Shown here: one piece after another, positions 25,101-38,288 of the stretch | How positions within the stretch are numbered: the stretch's first letter is position 1 | How the letters are laid out: every line of letters starts with the position of its first letter | Assembly: GCA_000934665.2 (NCBI GenBank) | Contig: KZ538985.1 | Location: 1-44,634, forward strand | From: Catajapyx aquilonaris | Lineage: Eukaryota | Reading direction: 5' to 3' | Length of the DNA: 44,634 bases | Position numbers and translations under genes: made by a program | Notes under the pieces: generated by a model | Database searches by the model: none | What the model saw: only the letters and a program-made list of their open reading frames with translations | Told to the model about the DNA's origin: nothing

Positions 25101-28100
25101 ATCCCTTGCAGATATGTCATTAGGCTCTCTCTCCCCCCAGCAGCATCTCCCCCTGTATCATTTCCCATTCGGAATCCCGGGAGCCATCCATACAGCGAAG
25201 AAGAGGAAGAAGGGGAGGGGGAATAAAGTACTGCAGATGGAATGGTGATCCGCAACTCTCGCCTGGTCATGGCTTCATTTTCCTTCCCTTTTACGTCTTT
25301 TCCGTGATCGAAAAAACCTCGCAAAAGACTCCCATTTGTTTTATGTATCGGAGGGAGACTGGAAAGTGGAGGTTCAATAGCTTCCTTTTCCCTCCTCTCA
25401 TACTCTCTTTACATGGAAACAACTGTTGGCGGTTCAGGTTCTTACCAAGGAATGAATTTTCCACCGACATTTTTTACATGAACAGCTAATTACACCGCGG
25501 GGCTTTTTCCACCGGCTAGAAAAAGGGAACCGGAGGAAGGAAGGTTGTGACATCAAAGCCCAGGGGGATTACTTTTTATATGCAAAGTTCCAATTAACAA
25601 TTTTGTTTCCGAGGCAAAATCAGAGGGAGGGCTCTGGGCGTAAGTGATTTGACATCAAAAGCAATGGAGCAAGCAGACCATGTTAGGGAATGTTTCAAGA
25701 CAACTGACTAATGGTCCTGACCGTAATTCTCGAGATAATGATCGGGGTCATAAGGAAACCTAAGGGAAAAGCTCCCCCTTCCAGTCAAAATAATTGGACT
25801 CCGTCTGAAGTTTGAATGTCGGAACACGTAGTTGGGCCAATAACGCGGGTGCTGCTGACGTCAACCCAAATCTTGGGGACTGTCGCGACCGTTGATGGGA
25901 ATTGGGAGGAGCCGGGTGCTCTATGGGCCAATCTGAGTGCGATTCCACTGCCTTGGGCCAATCTGAGTGCGATTCCACTGCCTTCCGCCAATCTGAGTGC
26001 GATTCCACTGCCTTCCGCCAATCACAGCTCAACTTTTCAATCCTGTCCAACCCCAGATCGTTCGCTCCCCCAGCCAATCACCTCCATGCCCATTTTGCTA
26101 ATCTTACTTCCATCTCTTTGGCTTTGTTTAGACGGTGGACATCCCCATATACATCTGGTACGAGAACTACCCGACACACTCAGGAGAAGGCTACGAAGGT
26201 CGCGTGAGCAGAGTGTCCCCAAATTCGTCGTACGGGTTGGCCTCCCTCAACCTGACGGACATACGTGAGTCGGACCAAGGGTGGTACCAGTGCAAGGTCA
26301 CCTTCCTCAACCGGTCGCCCAACTTGGCCAAGAACGGCACCTGGTTCCATCTGGACGTGCATGGTCAGTATCTCCATGACTTATGTAAGTCGGATTGTGC
26401 TTAGCCGGAGACGATTGTCCGAAACTACTCTTGACATGTAAGCACATTCCCTCATGAAAGTTACGAGGTTGTGAGATGCAGTTAGTTGAACTTATTGCTG
26501 CTCTTAAGAAGCCAGGGGTTGCCGGCCTATAACGGAGGCCAAGACTATAATAATGCTGAAAATGTTGCATATTGAATGAAGGGCTTTCATGTAGCCGGGC
26601 GACCTATACGGTGATTATGGGAAAGTAAGTCGCAGTATATATGCGAGAAGGTTACAGCAGCTAGGCAATATGAAGTCGATAAAGCAGGAAGAATGGTTTT
26701 GTGAGTAATTGAATGCGGCCATTAGGCTGACTCAACTTGGTGGGGAAAATGAGGATGGTAGTGGAGCGACCAAGTGGAGGGTTGCCAGAGGCATTATTCT
26801 AGGTGACCGTTGGTTGAATAAATTTGACGTAAAATGATAATGAAGAGGGCTGCGGGGCCCCCCCGAGTAGACCTACAAGGAAAAGCGGGGGCCCACAAAT
26901 AGAACAGAAGGCTGACACTGAGTACATGCAAAACGTTTAGGCTCATAATTGCGTCGCTATATCATGGCTTTTGAAATGAGTTGAGTGGTCCGGGATCAAG
27001 CCTGAAAAGGATAGTAAGACATCTTGCAGGTATAGGTGGCTCACCAGGCGGTACAGCGCCACCTACTGGCAGGATGACGTACTACACATCTTATTGTACC
27101 CATCACTGCCAGGTCTAAACCGAGAACTAGCGTGGACTAATAATTTTTCTAATAATATTCCAGCTCCGCCTCGCTTCACGGTAACTCCGGAGGAAATAAT
27201 ATACGTGAACCTTGGCGACTCAATCATACTCAATTGCCAAGCGGAAGGTACGCCGACTCCGGAGATACTGTGGTATAAAGAAAGCGAGCCGGTGGAACCC
27301 TCGTCGACGGTGGGCATCGTCAACGACGGAACCGAGTTGAGGATCGCCACCCTTCGACAGGAGGATATCGGCGACTACATCTGCATCGCCAGGAACGGGG
27401 AAGGCCGCATCCATCATACTGCCAAAGTCATCATTGCAGGTACGGACATGTTCACACGGGCACCGACAAAGTTAGAGTCATGGTGCCATATGTAAGTAAA
27501 TGGGACTGCTCTGTGACCTGTAAACCTTTTGACCGGTCAGGTGCGGCCGTAATCGTGGTGCCTCCGCACAACCTGACCAAATTGGAGGGCGAGAAGGCGG
27601 AGTTTCCCTGCGAGGCGAAGGCACTTCCAGGCAACGTGACCGTGCGCTGGTTCCGGGAGAACGTGCCCGTGGACCAAGTTGCCGCCCTGGAGACGAGGGT
27701 CACCATCCGGAAGGACGGAACCCTCCACATCAACCCTGTCTCCGCAGACGACTCGGGATACTTCACCTGCGAGGTCACCAACGGCATCGGTGACCCGCAG
27801 GTCGCCTCGGCCTACCTCAACGTCGAATGTGAGTTTCAACTACTTGAATCATCGGTTGCACCAGGTTCGGGTTTATTACGATTCTAATTCTTAATGTATG
27901 TATGTATGGTGCAACCGGGCTCTCAGGGAATTAACCTAGATTTTTTAAAAGGCTTACGACATTAGTTATTTACGATGCAACTCTTGTAATCCCAGGCTAG
28001 ATTCGAGAGGCGGATTACTTTGCCCCAGTTAAGATCTAAAGGTCGAATTTGTGCCACGTTCCTTTTTTTACAGATCCGGCGAGGGTGACGTTCACTCCGA

Positions 28101-31100
28101 CGGTGCAGTACCTTCCATTTAGGTTGGCTGGAATAGTACAGTGTCACATAAAGTCCAATCCACCGCCTCAGTTTGTCACGTGGACCAAAGACAAGCGCCT
28201 CCTCGACCCTTATCTCACCGAGGGAGTCGCAACTATGAATAACGGATCTCTGCTCTTTAAAAGGGTTCGTACATACATCACATCGAATCGACTAGGGTCC
28301 AATATTATTCAGATGACACACGGCCTCTTGTCTCTTTGCTTTTATTGCAGGTGAGCCAAACCCACCAAGGCAGATACACGTGCACGCCGTACAATGTGCA
28401 CGGGACTCAGGGTTCGTCGGGGGTCATGGAGGTGCTGGTCAGGAAACCCCCGGAGTTCACTTTGCGACCTGATTTCATGTACCAAAGAAAAGTAGGTGAC
28501 GCTGTGGAGATGCCCTGTGCAGCTGCAGCCGCAGAGGGCACCACCAAACCCACCGTGGCTTGGCAAAGGGTAGGTACCACACACATCTGATGAGGCTCGT
28601 ATATCGGCGTGCTGGCCACGAGGTCAGTGGAGGCTCTCGTTTATTGTATTCAACCTTAGAATATTACAATCTAAAAACAATTAAAGGCTTGTGAAGTCAG
28701 TAGCACTCTAAGTATGAATCTTATATCGTTAGCCTCTGGTCTCAATTTCCACGCCGATATAAAGGTTGTTTTGCAATTATGCTTACAACGATCTAGGGTG
28801 AATTTCTGGTTGTCCATCACCTCGATGACTGTATATATGGACCCTATTTAGTACTTGAACAGTCATATTTTAAATGTAAAAGACGAGCTCGAGTGGAGGG
28901 ACACATTGTTTCCAGGGGATACTACTCTTGCATTATTTGCATTGATCTGTATGAAAATTCCACCTCTAGTTACCAGGAATATATTCAACCCCTGACAATT
29001 GTAAGCATTGCTGCAAAACGCTCTAGGCCTACATACAGTACTTTACACGTGAGCTTCGCACTAGGCATGCGGCATGACACAGTGTTTGCAAATACATGTA
29101 CTGTACGATCCCATCGCCCATGTATAACCATCTGGCAGGTCATATACATATATCTGTAGAAACCTTCCCACACATAGCTATAGTCATCGTCTGTGGCTTC
29201 AACTCGCAGTGTGTTGGCATAAAAAGTAAAAAAAGCGGCTTTGGGAAAGCCAGTTGCGACTGTAATAGGTGATTCCATCATCTTTATGCGATGGGCGCCC
29301 ACAGCAAGACGGATTGCCGTTACCTCGGGACCGTATAGTGTACAACGAGGGAAACATCACGGTGGAGAACCTCAAGAGGTCGGACTTTGGCGTGTACCAG
29401 TGCGTGGCGGCCAACGAGGTCGCAACCATTGTGACCTCGACCCAGCTGGTGGTTGAAGGGACGTTGCCTCATGCACCTTACAACGTCTCGGCCAACTCAT
29501 CGGCCTTCGCTGTCACCTTGCACTGGCTACCGGGGTACTCTGGAGGTCCGGACTACTCGCAAAATTATGCCATTTGGTAAGTGGAACCCCCTCGAGAAGC
29601 TGGCTGGACACTTTAAGAATCCGACCACATTGCTTGGGACAGGTATCGCCAGATGGGATCGAAGGATTGGTCCACGATCGAAGTGACTCCTCCAGGGAGC
29701 ACGCAGGTGACCATCCACAGCCTAAGTCCTGGCACCACCTACGAATTCCAGGTTGTGGGCAAGAACGCGTTGGGAGACGGAATGTTTTCCAACATAGTTC
29801 GAACCACTACTTTAGGTGAGTCTGATGTTCGAGTTGCCCTTGCTCTTATAACTATCGTGTGTGCCTTCAGCTCTCCTATTATGTTTCACACTTTTCCTGT
29901 ATCACTGATGAGGTGCTTCACAACTTTGTGTGCCACGTGGAACCGAAAAATTAGCGTCTCTAGCTCCAACCGTCAGTTGGGTTGCATCATGCAAGGATGA
30001 AAAGTGACCCAAGTGTAGCTTATTAGGAATGAAAAGTTTGCCAGATTCTATAGTCTTGTCTGCGTGGCACACACAGGTGGGCACCACAAGTAGCCATTTT
30101 TGAATCTCAATTAACAATATTGTCCTACCCTCTCCTTGGTAATGTCTGTGTTCGGGGGAAAGGGGCTGACTGAGTTTCTCTCTCAATTATGGCGGCTCAG
30201 GGGCGCACGTTCCTGATCCTGTGCGCCCTAACCCCGTCGAGAACGAAATAGAAGACGAGACTAAGGAAAACAACGGTAAGAGGTCCTTCCATCTTGCCTG
30301 TAGTAAGGCTGTGCGTCCGCCACGCATGCGCCACTCCGTTTTCAGTTGCGCATGACTTTTTGCGCATCCCGTCTGCGCAGCCGCTGGAGGTCAGCAGTGT
30401 TGACAGACGCAGAAATCGAGGCGTGGAACTGCCATTTTGACAGTCAAGTGTTGCATCCATTAGCTCGATTCACGCCTCCAGAGGTTACGCCAACGAGTTG
30501 TTTTGTGTTGTCGAAATACCGAAAGGTTAAAAACATGTTGTGGTCAATATATTTACTAGGCACGTTACTTCAAAGAAAAAAAAACTGCAAAGTAACTGAA
30601 ATAGCACTATATTTAATATACAGGCACATTATAAACAGCCTACTTTAAAGTGGGTGGGAACTGGTTGGACGCCATGTGTGTACATTCTTTATCACTATTT
30701 CCTTTTTCTCTATTTTCAAAACTCGACTCCTTTTTCCGTCGGCTCCGATTTTTGGAGCGACAAGTTTTTCACTTACCCTTTACCACCCCTTTCTTTACAT
30801 GAACGTACTGCACCATTTTTAAAAAAAACACAAATCGTTGATAAATTACTAATTCTGTGGTTGAAGCAGGACAAGAAGTGATGGAGAGATCGACGCTCGG
30901 ATCCCAGTTATTTATTACCCGTTATAACCATTTTTCATTTATATTATTGAGTGAAATTTGTTATGGGGTTTGGTGGATTGTTTTTTTATTTTTTTCATTT
31001 TTATCTAACCAAACTTTTGTTTCCTTTTTGTTATGATTTGTGTGGGTTTTTTTGGTATGGCATTTTGTGTTTCCCCCTTTTTGTTTCCGATTAATTTACT

Positions 31101-34100
31101 TTTGGTTTGATTCTCTGAGGCTATTCCCTTCCAATTTCGTTTCAGAAATCACAGATTACAGTATTGTTGTGTACCCCACTGACTCTAGCGGCTCCACCTA
31201 CATCCCTGCAATCCTACGTCCACAAGGTACCATGGATGATTATCTCTATTTTCTCGCACTCACTCCATCTCTCGCTCACCCCCACTATTGTTGAGAGCAC
31301 AATATAATATATATTTTTAAAAATAAATATATTTGTCTAATCACTCTTTCACAATTAACTGTTTCCCTCTCGAGTTTCAAGAGAGGAGTGGGGATAGTAC
31401 ATAATTTTCACTGGACTTTTTTTTTGCTCTCGAAATAATTCGTTCCTCTTCAGTTCCTCAAGATGATCAGGTAATGGAACTGAGATATTGTATATACTTT
31501 TTTGACTGCGTGATCCACTTTCATCCACATCCTTCCCATCCTCATATCCGACTCAAATGAATAATAAAGCGCACATGCACACTAACAGTATACATGCACA
31601 TACAGGTCTTTTTTTTTTGAGTGGGGGGGGCAACGACTTTTCTCCATACTCAAAATGTGCAGTTTGATAAATCCCAACTTGTGGCGTGTGTGGTATTCGT
31701 GGTGTAACGCAGAGTAACAACTTTCTTTTGCGAAGAAAAATAATGCATAACTTTTTTTCTGGAAGCGTCATCTTGGAACACGCATATCCGTGCCACATAA
31801 AGGATGGAGTTATGACCCCCCCTCAAATCTGCCAATTTTTGGACGTCTGCTGTCCACTTTTCCGCTTTTTAGTATTTTTGTGGGTGGGTGACTGGCCATC
31901 TTGGTCCCCACCCAGCTTCTTTTGCATGAAAATTATGGATGTTGTTTGGTTATACTCAGCTCTTTGGAGGCTTTCTTTCTGGCTACCATTTTTTTCTATA
32001 TCTATTTTTTTTCTTTCCTTGTTTCAGTCGTGCTCACACAGACATTCACACTATAGTATGAACAGGAGTTGAAATGGAAACTTGGTGTACCTCCAAAGGG
32101 TTCATGCTGCTCTTGATAGCCTGTGCGACATGCACGCAATTATGGGTGCACTTTTTGGCTATTCGAAGCCTGGATGTTACATGTGGACATAAGGAAAAAT
32201 TAACAATCTTACAATTAATTAACAAAAGTAAATATCGGTGTCCACATGGAGCATGATCAGCTTCTAGTGATCTTCAGGCTCACGCTTTGTTTGGTTTGAT
32301 TTCACACGCAAAAAAAATTTTCCGGATGAGGCTTTTAATTTTTAGCCATTTGGACTTGAGCCTTTCTTATTCGCTCCTGGGCCAACTTTTCGCTGATAGT
32401 TATTGCTGAAAAAAAAAAATACGCACCGCGCATTTTAGATTGGATGAACGAGCCTGTCAATCATTTGGTATAGGTATAGAATCATAGTAGGTGTGGATGT
32501 GGTAGTTATTTTCACTCTGTCTCGAAGTTGCACAACATTCCAACTCCAGTTTTCTGCACTGTCAGTGCTAGTATACACGTGTGCCACAGCTCAGGTAAAA
32601 GTCACAAAGCGCGACTATTGTCTGAAGCAACTGCTGACCGATGATTTACATGATTCAGGCAGGGTTATTTCCAGGCCCGTAATTTGGGGTATTTTTTGGT
32701 GGTTCAAGGCTTCTTAAATTCAGGAAGTATTTTCTGCCAAATTACGGTATGTCTACAGTATATGGCTGCGGCTCAACATGCCTAGCATTATCATACTGTA
32801 TTAGGGTCATAAACCATGTCTGTATACCAGGGGCAGCAAATTATTAGGTCTTGCAATCACAGGACGTCAAAGCGTAGTGTGTTATCCACTCTAACTTACA
32901 ATCAGTTCTATGGTAGTTACTGGTCATTGATCTTTGTGTTGTTGCATTTCGTTTGCTGATATATATTGTTGCGTAGTTTAGAAACAACCATGTTGTATTT
33001 GAAGTAACTTACACTAATGCCGTAATTAATCACTGCCATCTTTGCATTGCTCTGTCTTGATCTTCAGCACTCCTCTGTATACAGAGTATTACGCAATAAA
33101 TAGCATCCGACCACATATAGCCCACGTCAAAAACTCTACTTTCTCTGCATACTGCTGGTTCTGGTAATGTATCCGAAGAGTGCTTCAGCACCATAAGCAA
33201 CAATGCACGTAGTATAATCTCACTGTCAATGAAATTTTCAAATGCACCCCACAGACACGCTGAAAATGGGTCGCAATCTCGAGGTTACATGAGTACTGGC
33301 ACGTCTTGCTGAATCAGTAGAGGATTTACATATACTCTCCATGTGTGGTCGGGTTCAAAGCTTCCAGGACATTCATGATGTAGACTTGTGGAGGATTTCT
33401 TTCGGTATTCTCACTGCTATTATTAACACCAGCAGGGAATTGGCCTGAACTGACCAATTCATTTAAATCTTCGGTCCAGCTACCACACTTGATGCACAGA
33501 AGGCTTTTAAATTTGAACTGGTATATGATGGGTTGGAGGGTTGGGGAAGGGTTTCAATAATAATCACAGCGCTTCTTTACACGACTGACCTTCTCACTGG
33601 CTATTGCTGTAGCACTTGTCTGTTATATATTAATTTTTTTTACTACCACTACTACCGCTACTATGAGGAGATGTTGAGTTAGCAATGTGACTGTGACTGA
33701 CCTGTTGCCTCCACCTTTCCACCTCTTTTTCGCCCCCACCTTCCCGCCCCCCCTTGGCCCCCCCTCTGCCCCTTTCTCTGCCCTTGGCTTCCCCATCATT
33801 GACAGAGGGTGTTCCCCTGTCGGTAGGCCCTCGTCCGGGCCCGCCTCGCAACATCACCATGAAGGAGGTTTCCCAGGGCTTCCTGCTCACCTGGCTGCAA
33901 CCAAAGGACGAGAGTGTGGCCGTCGCCTACTACACCATCAAGTTCCGAACCGACACCGCGACTCAGTGGAAGCCACTCACCAAGGGGCAAATCAAGGCTC
34001 AGGACACCTCCTATCTGGGTTAGGATATTCGTGTGTCTAGCTGTTGTGCCTGTCGACTCTATTAGCTATATACCCAGACGCAGTGAAGGACCTTTCTCAA

Positions 34101-37100
34101 ATGTTTGATTGCAGTGAAGAGCCTGATGGGAGGTCGCAATTACTTCTTCCAAGTGTTCGCACACTCTTTGTCCAACTACTCCCCCAGCGACGAGTTCAAG
34201 TACGAGGTCCCGTCGAGGGTTAAGAACAAGGCCATCACCGCAGGGGTGGTGGGCGGATTCCTCTTTTTCATCGTGGCTATCATACTCTCCATCTGCGCCG
34301 TCAAGATTTGCAACAAGCGTAAGCGTCGGAAGCAGGAGAAAGGTAAAGTCACACTTGGCCCGCAGGGTGCCCCCAAACAAAACTTGTTGAGATAGTTGTT
34401 CAGATTGTAACGATCTGTTCAGTTATGGCGGATAATCCATCAACAGTACAGTCACCACTAAAATAGATACCGTATCTATATTATTATTAAATGTCAACTT
34501 TTCCCCCAGCTTACAACATGGTGGCATGTCGCATAACGGACTCTCGCAACGGTGGCCAACCTTCGCGAAGTCAAGTGCCTTTGAAAAAGTAAGCTATTTG
34601 CTCTGTCATATCATTCTTCTGATCATGTTTTCCCTCCTGGTGGACGGAGATTACAACAAATGTTACTAACTCTTTGTTCTAAGCTCGATTGGGCCCCACT
34701 CTCATATCTTCATTGAAACTATAGCAAAAGGGGGAGTTTTTTTTAAAAGAGAGATGTGTAAGCAGAAGGACCATCATCCTAGTGATAACAGACAAGAGAT
34801 GACTTATTACATATCAGGCTATACATTTGTTTGGATATCTTTTGTCAGTTCCCCGTAGAGATTACTTCAAACTCCCATTTTCTTTTGAAAAATCCTTTGC
34901 GAGCGATGAGAAAAACCTAAGAGTAAGTAATCTCTTGCTCTGAGCATTTGGCCACTGGTTTATTCTGCCCCCAGGGAGACCCCCTCCCCGCCTCCCCCTC
35001 CCAGGGCCGGCCCCGGAGTGCTCAGCCTCGCCTCCCCTGATCACTGCTAGCCCCGAGCAACTCTCACAGGTAGATAACTAAGAGCAAAAGTTTCCCCCAA
35101 CCCACCTCCAAACCATTTCTTCCTACTACTAAACCACCTCCAACCTGCTCTGTTGTTATCTCACAATTATTTACGCATATTTATTATGTGTATGATATTC
35201 CAATTATTGAAAAATGTCCTGGTTAAGTTGTAAGCTGCTTATATTTTTGTAAATAAATAAGGAGTTTATTACTTAACCACTTATGGCATTTCAATTGGAA
35301 CACAGGGGGCAGCAGTTGTGGCCAACAGAGCAGGTTTAAGCCCCCCCTTTTTTTTCCTTTATTGCCTTACCGCCCACCCACCCCATTATTATATGACTGT
35401 TTTGTTTCGCTCCTGGCTTGCAAGAGTGTCGCCTTTTGTAGTGTTGCTGGCTGGCTGCTGGCTCTTAGAGCCGGCTTCGGAAGGCCTTACGTTTGAGCGT
35501 GCTGACTGCCGCTTGGCTCCTTCTACCTTTTCATAGTAGACTACTATTATACATATTATACATAATACACGGCTGCAATAGGCGGCTTGTTTATGCCATA
35601 GAGGCTGTTCTATTGATAGTGTACAGTCTGCTCCCCTATATACCCCAATGCCCCCAGGTCTATATTGCAGACTTGTGCGCGAATAGTTGTCATGTTGTTC
35701 TGTTCCACGTGAGTGTGTGAGTCCGTCTTGTGGGGAGAGCATGTCCTGGGTTGTATTTTTTTGAGTTCCTGTTATGGGTGGGAGGGAAAGCAAAGGTGAA
35801 CAATGTTGCACTGGTACAGTATATCTGATATCTTGATGCAGTCATGACCCAACTGTCTGCATTGGGTTGGATAAGAACGTTGACAAGATATTGGCTGGTC
35901 ATGGTGAGTCATAAGGGAGAGCCGATTAATCTTTCTAATTTCTATTCACATTTCTTTAGGAAAGATAGTGATTTAAAAAAAACGCAGGCCTACTCGACAC
36001 GTGGCGCTAGTTAGGGGCAATTTTTCTTTGCATCCGATACGCATCGTAATTTGCGTGGCGATATCTGCTAGCATCTGATTAATGCCCTGTTTCCATGCCA
36101 TGTCATTTGGCTGATGGTTGTCAGCGCCATTTCTCCTAGAGTTAGACACGCCCGTTTCAACACCTTCCGGCAGACTCTACACGAAAGCCATCCAAGAAAT
36201 ATTAATATTTGAAAATTGCAGTCATTTTTTGGAAATTAAGTAGGCCCACAGAATTATTCCATAAATCAGAAAAAATCCCTACACGGCACATTTCTCTGTA
36301 ATTATTGTTGTTTGAGACTACTGGCAGTGCGGGATCACACGGGCAGTGCTGACATTAAGAAACTTTTGCTCTTATTTCCATCTCCCCATTACGACCTGTC
36401 CTTCCCGAAGACACCTGGGAAATAGAATGAGCAAGTGCTTCATTTTAACCGTTGTTTTTAGCTTTTGGCCTTAATTCTGACCCATAATTTCTCTCGATGG
36501 CCTGCCTCCTCTCCCAGGAGATCTAAAGGTGATGAGTAAACTTCATCCGTTTTAAATTTTTATATCTTTCATATATTTTCAAATAAAAAATCATGATTCC
36601 ACACATTTCCTGCACCTGTCCGTTGTCTCGTCCTCACGTGGTGCATTAACCGTGCACTAATCACGCATGCAGCGTTGCCTTTGTTTTCAAACAAGTCCGT
36701 TTGCATATAGCCAGCTTCCTGCTGCGAGCGTTTAGATGGGCATGTTTGGACCGGCTTCAGCTTTTATGTGATGTATTATTATGGAGAATACCTTGTGGCG
36801 TCTTGTGTTCGTTCCCGTAGTTTGGTTAGTTTACAGCTTGTGTACGATTTTGTAACTGCAGTTGTTGTCGGTGTTCACTTCTCGAAAATGTTGCTTGGGA
36901 AGATCACTCGGAGTTTCCGCCCTGCCCTGCCACTGTTTTGTAGCCATTATGGTCATTCTGGCTTGATGGTGTTTAAAGATGGGAGAAGTCACTCTTTAAA
37001 GTAACTACATTAGTTTCAGTTGTACTTGTTAGTTACAGTCACGTACCAAGTTAACTTCAACATAATTTACACCTTCTTACAATTCCAACAGAAGGAATGA

Positions 37101-38230
37101 AAAGAACTACTGCTGATTTAGCAATGAACGTAACCAGTGCCAAAAATTTGCAAGGTATTACTAATTTTGAATGCTAAATTATAGAGTGCGCAATGAAAAC
37201 GTGACTTAAATACGCGTAGTAATTTGTTACTGTTACTTGTAATTCATTCATCATCACTGTCACTATATTGAGACAAGTTCCATCATGCAAAAGATGCCCT
37301 CTGTCAAGCTTTAGGGCTGAATCTCCCAAGTTTTCTCGAGCAACGTTTATCCCTGTAACCTAATGAATGGATCTAACTGAGCCGTGGGTATGGCGCAGAT
37401 ACAGGAGTGGAAGACCAGGTGTAACGGTGCGGAGTAGCTGGTGGCCTCTTGGACGGTGCCTCTCCGGAGCGGGCGACGACCACCAGCACCTCCACGAGCT
37501 GGAGGTTCTGGACGGTGGGCACCACCCCCACCAACACCACGGGCCTGCTCCAGCGAGCGGCGGCCTCTTCCCCGCTGGAAGCCGCAGCAGCGCCAGCTCT
37601 TCCAGCGACGACAGTGGCGGGTTCCTCACCTGGCGCTCTCTCAGGTTCAGGCCGCGAGGGCTACAGCTACGAGGACCTTCCCCACTGCTGCCGTCCCCAC
37701 CGCCGCTGCCTCCGCACCTGCCCTTGCCCTTGCCCCTGCCCATGCCCTTGCCCTTGCCCTTACCCCCGTCCCACGCCCCGCTGCTGGCGCTGGAGGGACC
37801 CCTCGGCGTCTTCCCCTCGGAGCCGGTCGTCGAGAGCGGCGTCTACTGGGTCGGGCGAGATCGCATCGGAGCCCGCTCGCTCCCAGTGTTGCGTCGCGAG
37901 AACATGCGAGCCATGATGGGCGCCCCACCACCCAGGCCACCCCCGCGCCCGCCTCCGCCACGACCGCCGCCTCCTCCCGTTTCGGCCATCTACTCCGGAA
38001 GGTTCAGGGCCAGCTCTCCCGGCGCCGGAGGCGGCCCCTGGGGCGGAGTACCGGGGCCGCCTCCGCCGCTCAGCTGGAGCGACCTGAGCTCTGTGAGGAT
38101 GCCCAGCTCTGCTGAGAGGTCATTCCCATCCACGTTCCTGTCGTCACCCGAGGAGCTGCCCGCCCTGAGGCCCATCCACAACCAGATGGCCTGGGTCAGG
38201 CAGAGCAGGGTGGAGGCCGAGGTCCATCCG

Positions 38231-38288
<58 letters not shown>

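Noticed and set aside
25760..26268. ORFs with a 10-aa repeat
   Set aside because: Products of the 30-bp minisatellite overlapping the true exon 3 in other frames.
29904..29960. CTGATGAG...CCGAAA hammerhead-like core
   Set aside because: Stem II is imperfect, and I could not form convincing stems I and III with a UH cleavage site.
30870..30920. Possible third linker exon (GQEVMERSTLGSQ..)
   Set aside because: Purine-rich acceptor context and no good phase-1 donor.
34084..34114. Duplicate CAG|TGAAG acceptor upstream of exon 13
   Set aside because: It is 31 nt from the true site, so out of frame.
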